A DNA stretch of 64,000 bases from Patescibacteria group bacterium (GTDB lineage Bacteria > Patescibacteriota > Patescibacteriia > UBA10025 > JAHIVO01): positions 321,776-385,775 of the forward strand of contig JAQULM010000002.1 of assembly GCA_028718605.1 (NCBI GenBank). The letters run 5' to 3'. The position numbers and the translations under genes are program-made. The notes beneath the pieces are model-generated. The model was given only the letters and a program-made list of their open reading frames with translations, did no database searches and was not told the DNA's origin. Position 1 is the first letter of the stretch; each line of letters starts with the position of its first letter. Below are positions 18,795-27,879 of this stretch, piece after piece.

Positions 18795-18823
18795 TTGACA
18801 CGCATCGTAACCTTTTGTATAAT
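18795..18823 (+). promoter_or_regulatory. Consensus sigma70 promoter P2: TTGACA, 17 nt, TATAAT. It sits in tandem with P1, with a strong SD (aagggggtga) 8 nt before the 18935 ATG.
   Basis: Exact -35 (18795-18800), a 17-nt spacer, and exact -10 (18818-18823). Confidence 0.6.
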
Positions 18824-18934
18824 ACCAGGATTTCGTGAATTGCTAGGTTCTTGCGCTCCGATGTGTTTATTATTTCGCTAGTCCCTTCTCGCATTTCAAT
18901 AAGAGAAAAGGGGTAGAAAGGGGGTGAGTACAGA

Positions 18935-19291
18935 ATGAAAAAAATTACAGTCGGCTTACTCACTGCAGCAGCGGTTTTGCTGCCAGTCGTCGCTTCAGCA
19001 CAGGTGAACATCAACAAGGTAAACGGTTCGACCTTCAACCTTGGCACCGCGGACCTCGAGTCAGCGGTCGTGAACATTGTGCAGTGGGTGTTAGGTTTCT
19101 TGGGATTGGTCGCAGTTATCATGATCCTGATCGGCGGTTTCCAGTGGATGACAGCAGGTGGAAACGAAGAAAAAGTTGCATCAGCAAAGAAAATTATTTC
19201 TGCAGCAGTTATCGGTTTAATCGTTATATTGCTCGCATGGGCAATTGTCATCTTTGTCGTTTCGCAGACACAGGACTGGACTGGCGTCTAG
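18935..19291 (+). CDS. T4SS-pilin-like (TrbC/VirB2-like) small membrane protein, probably the highly expressed paralog.
   Basis: Signal peptide MKKITVGLLTAAAVLLPVVASA plus the core LGFLGLVAVIMILIGGFQWMTAGGNEEKVASAKKIISAAVIGLIVILLAW. It has tandem consensus promoters and a strong terminator. Confidence 0.65.
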   Translation: MKKITVGLLTAAAVLLPVVASAQVNINKVNGSTFNLGTADLESAVVNIVQWVLGFLGLVAVIMILIGGFQWMTAGGNEEKVASAKKIISAAVIGLIVILLAWAIVIFVVSQTQDWTGV

Positions 19292-19311
19292 TGAATGTTT
19301 GATTCTAACTG

Positions 19312-19350
19312 CCCCCCACACCATTTTTTATGGTGTGGGGGGTTTGTTTT
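19312..19350 (+). terminator. Strong rho-independent terminator. The 12-bp stem is ccccccacacca / tggtgtgggggg, with loop tttttta and trailing TTTGTTTT.
   Basis: Perfect 12-bp inverted repeat plus a T-tract directly after the pilin-like gene. Confidence 0.8.
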
Positions 19351-19378
19351 ATCGAGAAACCTACGATACAATACATGC

Positions 19379-21382
19379 ATGGAAATTGCGAAAAAAATCA
19401 CCCTCATGACGCGGCGATACAGCACCCTGCTGCTCTGGATATGTATCGCGATATTCATAAGCGCGCTCTTTATCGTTGTCGCGTGCAAGTACGCTGCGTT
19501 TGGCTACGACGCGATCGATCTCGGGATATACAGCCAGGTTTTTTTCAATTCCAGCCATGGTGCGCTGTTCGAATTCTCAGTACACCCGCATTCCTACCTC
19601 GGTGACCACGTCGAGCTTTTTATTTTATTGCTCCTGCCGTTCTACGCACTCCTCAAATCCCCGCTCACGCTCCTCGCACTGCAGATAATTGCCGTCGCCA
19701 TTGCTGCCGTGCCGCTCTACTCCATAGCCCGCAGGCTGCTCCCCGAGCATTGGTCGCTCGCGATCGTGCTCGCGTACTTATGCAACCCGTTTGTATTGAA
19801 CATGGCGTTTTTTGAATTTCACTTGCTCCCGTTCGCCATCCCCTTGCTCATGGCAGCGTTTTACTTCTACCGCGAGAAGCGGCTGGCATGGTTTCTTGTT
19901 TTTTCAGTCCTCGCGCTCTCGGTACGGGAAGACGTCCCGCTCGTTATCGGCATGTTCGGCGTGCTCGCTGCCATTGACCGCCGGCGACTCCGGTGGATAC
20001 TGCCGCCAATAATTATTAGCGGCGTGTGGTTCATAGCTGCATTTAAGTTAACCGGCTACTTCAGCGGTTATGACACCTATAAATTTCTCGCTTTTTATTC
20101 TTGGCTCGGATCAACCCCAGGGGAAATCGTACACAATGCGCTATTCAAACCATGGCTTGTTCTCCGGCAGATTATGAGCGCGAACAATCTGCTGCTGGTA
20201 ATCGGTTTGCTCCTCCCACTCGGAGCATTGCCGCTGCTGAAAACACGATACCTTATTCCGGCCGCGCTCATCACGGCCCAGCTTTTCCTCGCGACCGTGA
20301 GCAGCACGATTGTACTTCAAACACACTATCCATCGCTCATTATTCCGTTCCTCTTTATCGCGTGTGTCTTTTCGCTCGCAACAGTGCTCTCAGCGACGCC
20401 ACGCGCAACACGCCTCGCGCAGTTTGCGCGCCGCAACCGGCTGATCGTGCTCGCAGTTTTCGGTATGGCGGTCGTGTATAGTTTTCTGACATTTAGCCCT
20501 GCCGTAAGCAGCGCGAAATTCGTAGCAACAGGACAGCACCGCAATGAAAGCACTACCGTGAAGCGAAACGCCATTGCGCCGATTCAGGAGGGTGACGCGG
20601 TGGTCGCGAGCTACGAATTTTTGCCAGCATTAGCCCAAAGAAAACATTTATACCCTCTGCATTATTTATTTCTTGGAGTTCAGCAGTATTCTGATAAGCC
20701 GTATATCGTGACTGAACCGATCGACACGGCCGTGGTCAATTTCCAAGACTTCGTAACGTACTACATCCAAACAGGCAACATTAGCTCATACCGCGACCAC
20801 TACCGGTCCGGCGCGGGAAGAATTCTCTCGCTGATTAACGAAAATCGGCTCGGCCTGGCCTCTCTGACCGATTCAATCGCGCGGTACGACCGAAACGCGC
20901 AGCCAGTCGCCAAACTCGTTGACCTGCCGAATGCAGTCAGCGCAAGTGCGACTGCCGTTGAAACCACGGGCAACCAGCTTCTTCGCATTACCGCATGGGA
21001 TCGAATCGCTGCGCTCCCGGACCATGAAGCCCTTGCGGTCCTTCCCCTTGCGCTGTACTGGGAAAAAAGCGGCAATCTCGCCGAGGACTATGCCATGGAA
21101 GTCGTGTTCCGTACCGCAAACGGTAAAGCAGCCAGCACAGAATACTACCCCATTGGGTACGGCATATTCCCCCCCTCTGTATGGATCGTCGATACTACCG
21201 TCCAAACCAACCACTGGTTCCTCATACCACGGGAGTGCAAAAAAAGCTCGTGCAATGCCGAGCTTACGGTCGTCTCTCTCCGCGGCTATTACGGCCTGGA
21301 TGGAATCCGCTCAACCAAACTCGAAATCACCCAGCGGCAGTCAATCGGGCCTACGGTAACTATTCCCGCACCCGATAGATAG
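19379..21382 (+). CDS. Polytopic membrane protein, GT-C / DUF2079-like putative glycosyltransferase, with an approx 300-aa C-terminal extracytoplasmic domain. The start is moved to an internal ATG, because the upstream part of the ORF is the terminator.
   Basis: N-terminal motif GYDAIDLGIYSQVFFNSSHG is typical of DUF2079. There are more than 10 TM helices. Confidence 0.5.
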   Translation: MEIAKKITLMTRRYSTLLLWICIAIFISALFIVVACKYAAFGYDAIDLGIYSQVFFNSSHGALFEFSVHPHSYLGDHVELFILLLLPFYALLKSPLTLLALQIIAVAIAAVPLYSIARRLLPEHWSLAIVLAYLCNPFVLNMAFFEFHLLPFAIPLLMAAFYFYREKRLAWFLVFSVLALSVREDVPLVIGMFGVLAAIDRRRLRWILPPIIISGVWFIAAFKLTGYFSGYDTYKFLAFYSWLGSTPGEIVHNALFKPWLVLRQIMSANNLLLVIGLLLPLGALPLLKTRYLIPAALITAQLFLATVSSTIVLQTHYPSLIIPFLFIACVFSLATVLSATPRATRLAQFARRNRLIVLAVFGMAVVYSFLTFSPAVSSAKFVATGQHRNESTTVKRNAIAPIQEGDAVVASYEFLPALAQRKHLYPLHYLFLGVQQYSDKPYIVTEPIDTAVVNFQDFVTYYIQTGNISSYRDHYRSGAGRILSLINENRLGLASLTDSIARYDRNAQPVAKLVDLPNAVSASATAVETTGNQLLRITAWDRIAALPDHEALAVLPLALYWEKSGNLAEDYAMEVVFRTANGKAASTEYYPIGYGIFPPSVWIVDTTVQTNHWFLIPRECKKSSCNAELTVVSLRGYYGLDGIRSTKLEITQRQSIGPTVTIPAPDR

Positions 21383-22994
21383 AAACATCCCTATTACGGA
21401 ATATCGCCTCGAGGTACGCTTTCGTGTCCGGATCATATGATCCGGATTCTTTTTCTTTCTGCCCGTAAAAAACGTACGCAATATTCTGCTCATTGAGGAA
21501 TTGTTTCTTGCCAGTGCTATCGGTATCGTCCTGCCAGAACCACTCACTGGCTGTAAATTTTTCCTGCAGATTAATAGTTTGCGGGCCGTGGCCGACCCAG
21601 ACCACCCTGCCGCTGTACGCCGGAATGAAGTTGCCCATGTAGTAGCTCGAAAAAATGACCTCACGTTCACCAACATGGTCACGGAGCCAGTGCATCGCCT
21701 CAACCTCCTGCTCGGTTAAATAGTACGGCAGTGCTTTTTTTGTTTGGTAGAGGTGGATGTCCTGGCCAACAATCTGCGCATTCGTAAGCGGCAGAAAAAC
21801 GAAAAGCACAATCAGTACAATGACCGGCGCCATGCTGTCCGAACCACGCTTCCTGCTGATCACGCTCACAACGCTCGCAACGCCAATAAATGCAAGGATT
21901 GACAGCGGAATATGGAATCCCTCAATCATGCGCCGCTGGAATGCGACGGGAAAATATACAAGCGCCATTGTCGCCGCGATCCAGGACAGAACGAATATAT
22001 GCCGCGATGTGGGTTTGCCCCGCAGTTTCCATGCGCCGACCGCAGCCAACGGCAGCAGGAGACCGAAGCCAATCAGGTACATCCATATGCTCGGCGAGTT
22101 GAGGATGTTTTGGGCAGACCAATTGCGGATTACCCAGTCAGCGCGGCTGATAAGGTAGAGGTAGAGAACTGGTGGAACCGTAAAGAGCGCGAGCACAACC
22201 CCATGCTTCAGGTATTGCCAAAGTACCGTACGGCTCCGGATGCATTGAACACAGATAAAAATGGCCAGCGTCAAGGCAATCGTCGGCGCATTAAACGGGT
22301 GAAACCAGGTCAGAAACAAATTCGCAATACCGGCAGCAACGCTGTATGATACGCGGTTCGTATCAAACGCCAAGAGCATCAGGAGAAAAACAAGCACAAT
22401 GAGTGTCAGGGACGCGATAATATGCGGTGTATGGTAGAGCGTCAGGAACGTGATGCTCTCTGGCACCCAAATATCCGTCGGGTGCTCCTCGATATTATTG
22501 GGGTCAAAAAGGAACGGATTGAAAAACACGCCGAGGCCCGAGGAAAAAACAATCAGGATGAGGACCCACACCCGCCAGCGCTGGTGCCGAATCACGTACG
22601 CGATAAACAAATAGACCACAAAAATAAATACAGCAATGAGTATCGAACGGGCGATATGGAGCGCCAGCAAGTTTGGCATGTCGAATGCTTTCGCAAATAA
22701 CCCAACAGAGAGCCATAAGGGATTAATGAAAATCCGCGATTGCGCTTCACCTGTGTACAAATTGAGAAATACCGCGTGCCCCTGTTTTACCTGCTCAATC
22801 ATGGACAGAAAAACATTCGTGTCCCCCGGCGTCAGGTGATGCAAACCGGTGTATACCATGCCGGTAGGCCTCGTGAAGTAACCATACAGATACGGCGCTG
22901 CAGTTATGACAATGGTTGCGCAGGCAATAACGGCGATGAAAATCCATTCACGCTTTGAAATTGATTGAATTAATTGTTTTAGTCCGTGTCCCAT
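21360..22994 (-). CDS. GT-C fold membrane glycosyltransferase (PMT/ArnT/GT39-like). Its 3' end overlaps the convergent upstream gene by 23 nt.
   Basis: More than 11 TM helices, then a C-terminal soluble domain, as in polyprenyl-phosphate-sugar dependent transferases. Confidence 0.5.
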   Translation of the reverse strand: MGHGLKQLIQSISKREWIFIAVIACATIVITAAPYLYGYFTRPTGMVYTGLHHLTPGDTNVFLSMIEQVKQGHAVFLNLYTGEAQSRIFINPLWLSVGLFAKAFDMPNLLALHIARSILIAVFIFVVYLFIAYVIRHQRWRVWVLILIVFSSGLGVFFNPFLFDPNNIEEHPTDIWVPESITFLTLYHTPHIIASLTLIVLVFLLMLLAFDTNRVSYSVAAGIANLFLTWFHPFNAPTIALTLAIFICVQCIRSRTVLWQYLKHGVVLALFTVPPVLYLYLISRADWVIRNWSAQNILNSPSIWMYLIGFGLLLPLAAVGAWKLRGKPTSRHIFVLSWIAATMALVYFPVAFQRRMIEGFHIPLSILAFIGVASVVSVISRKRGSDSMAPVIVLIVLFVFLPLTNAQIVGQDIHLYQTKKALPYYLTEQEVEAMHWLRDHVGEREVIFSSYYMGNFIPAYSGRVVWVGHGPQTINLQEKFTASEWFWQDDTDSTGKKQFLNEQNIAYVFYGQKEKESGSYDPDTKAYLEAIFRNRDVSIYRVRE

Positions 22995-23002
22995 ATGCGT
23001 TA

Positions 23003-23986
23003 TTATGGCATGTTCACGGTTTTCTCATGGACCTCTCCGGAATCGGAATCTGGCTCCCGAGAGATCGCCTGCCGCGATAAATAGTAATTAAACACAATGC
23101 CGAGTGCGAAAATCCATATCATTGAAATGCCCCGGTCGAGTACTGCAGCGGTTACGCTGTCAGAGACGTTTACCGCAAACCATGCAGCAAATGCGCCGAC
23201 GAGCGCTTCGCGTATAACAAGCCCGCCAGGGGTTATTGAAGTGAATGTTGCCAGAAGCGTAATAGGCCCCACTAAGATATAGAAAAATATTGAAATATCA
23301 TATCCAAGCGCATTGCTCGCGATAGAAAGCCGAAGCGCCGCGAGAAAGATAATAACAACATTTAAAAACGCTGACTGCCAGATCACGCTTCGGTGCTGCA
23401 TGAGAATACGAACTCCCTGGAAAAAACGCTCTGCGAAACTCCAGCGGATTCCCAGACGGCGTGCGGCCACCAAAGCGGCGAAGACCAAAAATGAGAGGAC
23501 GACAACCCCACCATATATGGCAACGGGGAGCCAAGAAATGGTAAAACCATTCCACAAGGCTGCCACCAGTCCAGCAAGACCGACAATGCCGACCACGAAA
23601 AAAGTAATGAGGTAACTTGCGGTCAACATTGAAAGATACTCTGTATATGAAAATTGATATCGGCGTTTAAGGTAGAGCCCTTTTGCAACCAGGCCTCCCT
23701 GAAAAGGTAAGTAATTCCAAAACGAATTCACGACGGAAACGCCGAACCATTCGGAGGTTTTCAGGCGAATATTGAACGGTCTCAAGAGAACCGTATTCTG
23801 GATACCATTAGCGAAAAACACCGCTATTGAAATGGCGGACATGGCCGCCGCGTCAAACCATCCAATATTTAAAATGCTCCCAAAGTCAAATTGTTCCCGC
23901 TGGACAAAAAACCATACAAAAATGCAAGAAATGATCAGAATGACATATGAGATCACTTTCTTGTACGAACCCGATGCAACAGCCAT
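23003..23986 (-). CDS. Lysylphosphatidylglycerol-synthase-TM-region / flippase-like (UPF0104) membrane protein.
   Basis: 8-TM protein with the LPG_synthase_TM-like pattern (GIQNTVLLRPFNIRLKTSEWFGVSVVNSFWNYLPFQGG). Confidence 0.5.
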   Translation of the reverse strand: MAVASGSYKKVISYVILIISCIFVWFFVQREQFDFGSILNIGWFDAAAMSAISIAVFFANGIQNTVLLRPFNIRLKTSEWFGVSVVNSFWNYLPFQGGLVAKGLYLKRRYQFSYTEYLSMLTASYLITFFVVGIVGLAGLVAALWNGFTISWLPVAIYGGVVVLSFLVFAALVAARRLGIRWSFAERFFQGVRILMQHRSVIWQSAFLNVVIIFLAALRLSIASNALGYDISIFFYILVGPITLLATFTSITPGGLVIREALVGAFAAWFAVNVSDSVTAAVLDRGISMIWIFALGIVFNYYLSRQAISREPDSDSGEVHEKTVNMP

Positions 23987-24021
23987 ATTCCTTGAAACAT
24001 TACCCCTCTCGCAAATTAGAA

Positions 24022-24741
24022 TTATTTCTGCTTATGAACTCTGCAAACGAGCACAAGGAAACTCGCAAAGTACACCAGAGGGGTCCTCGCGAGAAAGCGC
24101 TCAAGCCAGCAGAGCACAGAGCGAAGAATGGGTATGCGGTAGAGATGCCCCGTCGGCGAGATTATCCTGATGCCAGTGACTTTCTCGACAGTACACATGG
24201 GCGGTAAGTACTTCTTCGCCCCCCAATAGCTGTCAAAACGCGTATATACATCTTCCGCGCTTAAAAAACTAATGAGCCGCCGGATACTCCATGCATTATA
24301 AAACTCCAGGATCAAATGCCCGCCATTCTGAGTAATGCGGGTTGCTTCCTGGATGAGCGGACCGATGCGTTCAACGTGGCCGAGGACCTTGAATGAATAC
24401 ACAACATCAAATGCGTTATCGGAGAATGGCAACAGTTGATTCGCATCCGCCTCCCGTACGTCCAATCCTTTCCGTCGAGCTTCGTTGAGCATGGTGCGCG
24501 AATTATCAATGCCAATGAGCGATTGTGTGGAGTCGCGAAGGCGTTCCATAACCATCCCCGTGCCACATCCCACTTCAAGGGCCTTCTTCCCGTGTATATA
24601 TGGCTCAACGATGCTGACCGCCGAATCATACAATAGCTTATAGTAATGCGGATACTTTATTATTCGATCCGTATCGTAACTGCCCCCTGTTGTATTGTAA
24701 TATCCTTGTGTATTTGACATATGCTTATCATCACTATACAC
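24022..24741 (-). CDS. Class I SAM-dependent methyltransferase. GTG start at 24741 as in the ORF track, alternatively the ATG at 24720.
   Basis: Motif I LEVGCGTGMV, acidic IGIDNS, and motif II/III. Confidence 0.7.
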   Translation of the reverse strand: MYSDDKHMSNTQGYYNTTGGSYDTDRIIKYPHYYKLLYDSAVSIVEPYIHGKKALEVGCGTGMVMERLRDSTQSLIGIDNSRTMLNEARRKGLDVREADANQLLPFSDNAFDVVYSFKVLGHVERIGPLIQEATRITQNGGHLILEFYNAWSIRRLISFLSAEDVYTRFDSYWGAKKYLPPMCTVEKVTGIRIISPTGHLYRIPILRSVLCWLERFLARTPLVYFASFLVLVCRVHKQK

Positions 24742-26923
24742 GTACCTGCTCCTTCAGTACACGGGTACTGCCCCGAAGCGTTCGGGGATTGATGACTATG
24801 CCACCGAATGAAGAGAGCAACTGTCGGACAAGTTGTTCCTGGCGCTGTTTTAATAAAGGGATTGCCCGGTTATCGACGTACGGTAATAGAGTTGAGCATA
24901 AAATATCATGGTACTCAATTGTTCGACATACGAGAGCAACGCATTGGCCAAGTGTACGTGTATCTATCTTTATAAAATCCGCGCCGATTTCCGATGATAA
25001 AACCACGATGTTGTTAACGTTCCCGGTAGGGATTCGTTGGGCTGCCGGCATGAGCCGGTCAATGGGAATGCGCGTACTGAGATACAGGCGCTGGCGCATG
25101 ACCGCCCCTGCAAACCAGCGTATAAAACTTTTGCATATGAGCACCATTCGAATCCCGGCGGAAAGCGAAAGTGAAGGCACGGCACGTGTTGTACCGCTGA
25201 AAATATGCACAAATCGCGGGGATAAAGACAACACAGCGCCTGCCGGCTCGACCAAAAGAGCATCGTCCGCTACGAACTGCCAGCCGTGCGCAACCAGATT
25301 GAGTGCGGTGCTCGTCTTGCCGCCCCGTGAGCTGGCAATAAAAACGGATACTTTTCTATCGTGGGCTACTGCTGCTGCATGGAGCAGCAGCGAACCTCGC
25401 TGAAGGGCAGTATAATAGATAAATGGCATGAGCACCATTGAATAAGCCCCAAGAGCTACGATATGGCGTACAAGCCGATATGCGGGGTGCACCGAACATC
25501 GAATCTCAAAACAGTTCTCTCGGGTCGAGCGTACCGCAATCGTTGCGCGGAACGCTTTACTTTTAACTTGAAATGTCTTGCCGACAAGAGGCAGTGAATA
25601 ACCTATATGAAAATCAATGTCAGGTATCGTGGGCGAATCAGCACATTCAAGATTTGAAAACTCTTTGCGAAAAAAATCAAGAATGAAAGTATTTTGAGCG
25701 GTTACCGCAACGATTCCTGCGCTTTTCAAATCGAAGCGGGTGGTTTTCGTTATCGCCAGGGAAGGCTCCCGATATACGCTATATGTTCGTTGTGCAATAT
25801 TCTGCCACATGCATTCCTGCTGAACCACGGACCGTCCGTGCCGGCCAAACTGCCCGCGGAGCGAGGGATCAGCGATCAGCTTTACAATGGAATCAGCAAT
25901 CGCTTCCGGCGTGCCAGGAGGCACGACAAAGCCCGCCGTACCGTCCTGAATAATGTCCGAAACGCCCCCAACATTCGTCGCAACGACCGGCCTGCCAGCA
26001 GCAAGCGCTTCAATGATAACCAATGGAAAACCTTCTCGATTTGATGTCAGCATCAAGAGTGCATGGCGGGCAAACTGCCGAGGAACATCCCGCTTGTCAA
26101 CCGCACCAGTAAACGCCACTGATTTTTGTATTCCGAGTTTCCGGCATAGCGCCTCGCATGGGGCGCGTTCCGGGCCGTCACCGATCATGGTCAGCCGGGC
26201 ATCCGGGGCGTGAATAAGCACCGCCTGGAATGCTTGAATTGCCAAGCGTGGATTTTTTTCCTCGGTAAAGCGGCCAATCCATACTACGCTATGATTGGCT
26301 GCATCCGCAAAGGGTATGCGAAGTAGCTCCTCAGCATTTGAAACGCCATTCGGGATTACGGCAACCCGCCGCGGGTTAACGCCAAGGCCGAGAATTATAT
26401 CACGCTGTTGTTTCGCCACCGTGATAACACCGTCAGCCCTCCGGAGTACGTAGCGGGAAATGCTCCGAAATAAACGGTTACGCGTGCTCAAATACGCATC
26501 CGAGCCGTGTACCGTTACGACGAGCCGCGCACGGGTGAACCGCCGAACTACTACGCCAATAATGCCCGCGCCAACCCAGTGCGCGTGGATAATATCAGCC
26601 CCCCGGGACGCCCGGACGCTGTTTACCAAAAAACTGACAAGAAAAAATGGCAGGCCAAGCAATGAAATAACGTTATGGCGTATATTGCTGACAACGCCAC
26701 CCCCATACCCCACGCGCTCATATGAAGAGGGCCACATATACCGAAAACGGCGAATGGCAATCCGCTCGCGAGCCTCCCGTTTTTTTAATCCCTGCCCATG
26801 GGGCGCAACGACTACTACCTCAACGCCACGCTGTGCTAATGAACGGGCAAGCTCAAAAACAAAAATACCCGCATAGTCACCTCGATGACGGGGAAACGAC
26901 GTTGTGAGCATGCATACCCGCAT
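24734..26923 (-). CDS. Fusion protein. N-terminal GT4 (GT-B) glycosyltransferase, approx 370 aa, plus a C-terminal HprK-C-like P-loop serine-kinase domain, approx 260 aa.
   Basis: GT4 part: EGFPLVIIEALAAGRPVVATNVGG. HprK-like part: GSLLLHAAAVAHDRKVSVFIASSRGGKTSTALNLVAHGWQFVADD, against the HprK pattern hGvlv.v.g.GvLitG.SGvGKSE.ALeLi.rGHrLvADD. The two parts share a single uninterrupted frame. Confidence 0.6.
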   Translation of the reverse strand: MRVCMLTTSFPRHRGDYAGIFVFELARSLAQRGVEVVVVAPHGQGLKKREARERIAIRRFRYMWPSSYERVGYGGGVVSNIRHNVISLLGLPFFLVSFLVNSVRASRGADIIHAHWVGAGIIGVVVRRFTRARLVVTVHGSDAYLSTRNRLFRSISRYVLRRADGVITVAKQQRDIILGLGVNPRRVAVIPNGVSNAEELLRIPFADAANHSVVWIGRFTEEKNPRLAIQAFQAVLIHAPDARLTMIGDGPERAPCEALCRKLGIQKSVAFTGAVDKRDVPRQFARHALLMLTSNREGFPLVIIEALAAGRPVVATNVGGVSDIIQDGTAGFVVPPGTPEAIADSIVKLIADPSLRGQFGRHGRSVVQQECMWQNIAQRTYSVYREPSLAITKTTRFDLKSAGIVAVTAQNTFILDFFRKEFSNLECADSPTIPDIDFHIGYSLPLVGKTFQVKSKAFRATIAVRSTRENCFEIRCSVHPAYRLVRHIVALGAYSMVLMPFIYYTALQRGSLLLHAAAVAHDRKVSVFIASSRGGKTSTALNLVAHGWQFVADDALLVEPAGAVLSLSPRFVHIFSGTTRAVPSLSLSAGIRMVLICKSFIRWFAGAVMRQRLYLSTRIPIDRLMPAAQRIPTGNVNNIVVLSSEIGADFIKIDTRTLGQCVALVCRTIEYHDILCSTLLPYVDNRAIPLLKQRQEQLVRQLLSSFGGIVINPRTLRGSTRVLKEQVRV

Positions 26924-26925
26924 GG

Positions 26926-27876
26926 TTACTGCTGTAAATCTTTATTCGTATCCATGTCAAACCACATCGCAAAAAACAGCGATTGCGTGCCAAAGAGAAA
27001 GAATATTGCTGCGAATAACGCGCTTGTGCCGGATACCGGCCCGCTGAAAATCCGGTACCCCAGCAGGTACAGGCCAAAAGTTAAACCAATGAGAAGCGAT
27101 GCGCCCCCAAAAAAATAGAAAAACACGAGTGGATGGAAATCGCGAATGATATATTTTTCTTTCAGGCGCCAGAAAAAATTCTTCATAAGGAGCCACGAAA
27201 TCTTCGGAATGACCGATCCAAGCCGGATCCCGGACCGCTCCCCCGCATAGATTGGGCGTATCGGCACTTCGCATACGCGCGCCCGTACGACATTGAGCTT
27301 AACAAGGATGTCATTAGGAAATCCGTACCGCGGATAGAGCCCGTCGAGGGGAAGCCGCTGAAGCATTGCCAGTGAAATCGCAGTATACCCAGTCTGGAAA
27401 TCAGAAAGTTTCCAATATCCCGAGGCGATTTTGGTTAGCAATGACAATATTGCGTTCCCGATAAAACGGTATTTCGGCATAACTTGCCACGAATTCCCAT
27501 ACGCAAACCTGTTCCCTTTCACATAATCCGCCGTTCCCCGCACGACAGGTAAAACAATCTGTTCAAGCTCTCCCGGATCCATCTGCCCGTCGCCCGCCAT
27601 CACCGCACAAACATCAATCTTGTCCTTACAAGCCCGCCGGTAACCGCTGGTGATCGCCGCTCCCACTCCCCGATTCCGGTCATGCTGTATGAGCGCGACG
27701 GTCGTCGACGGTGTGCCACGAAATGTCCGGACGATTGTGCACGTCGAATCCGTGCTCGCATCATCAATAACGTACACTGCGTCAACAAATGCCGGCATCG
27801 TTTCCAGGACGCGGCGAATGCGCTCCGCTTCATTGCGGGCAGGAACAACAACACAAATTTTCTTTCCGGACAGCAT
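26926..27876 (-). CDS. GT2 polyprenyl-phosphate sugar synthase (Dpm1/GtrB-like) with C-terminal TM helices.
   Basis: KKICVVVPARNEAERI ... VYVIDDASTDST, then DGQMD, then C-terminal hydrophobic helices. Confidence 0.75.
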   Translation of the reverse strand: MLSGKKICVVVPARNEAERIRRVLETMPAFVDAVYVIDDASTDSTCTIVRTFRGTPSTTVALIQHDRNRGVGAAITSGYRRACKDKIDVCAVMAGDGQMDPGELEQIVLPVVRGTADYVKGNRFAYGNSWQVMPKYRFIGNAILSLLTKIASGYWKLSDFQTGYTAISLAMLQRLPLDGLYPRYGFPNDILVKLNVVRARVCEVPIRPIYAGERSGIRLGSVIPKISWLLMKNFFWRLKEKYIIRDFHPLVFFYFFGGASLLIGLTFGLYLLGYRIFSGPVSGTSALFAAIFFLFGTQSLFFAMWFDMDTNKDLQQ

Positions 27877-27879
27877 AGA

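Noticed and set aside
19295-19378. N-terminal 28-aa extension of the ORF-track call 19295..21382
   Set aside because: This segment is the 12-bp-stem terminator of the pilin-like gene (it translates as ...CPPHHFLWCGG). The CDS start was moved to the ATG at 19379.
21360-21382. 23-nt overlap of the convergent 3' ends of 19379..21382 (+) and 21360..22994 (-) as a regulatory feature
   Set aside because: Convergent stop-region overlaps of this size are common in compact genomes. There is no additional structure to suggest antisense regulation.
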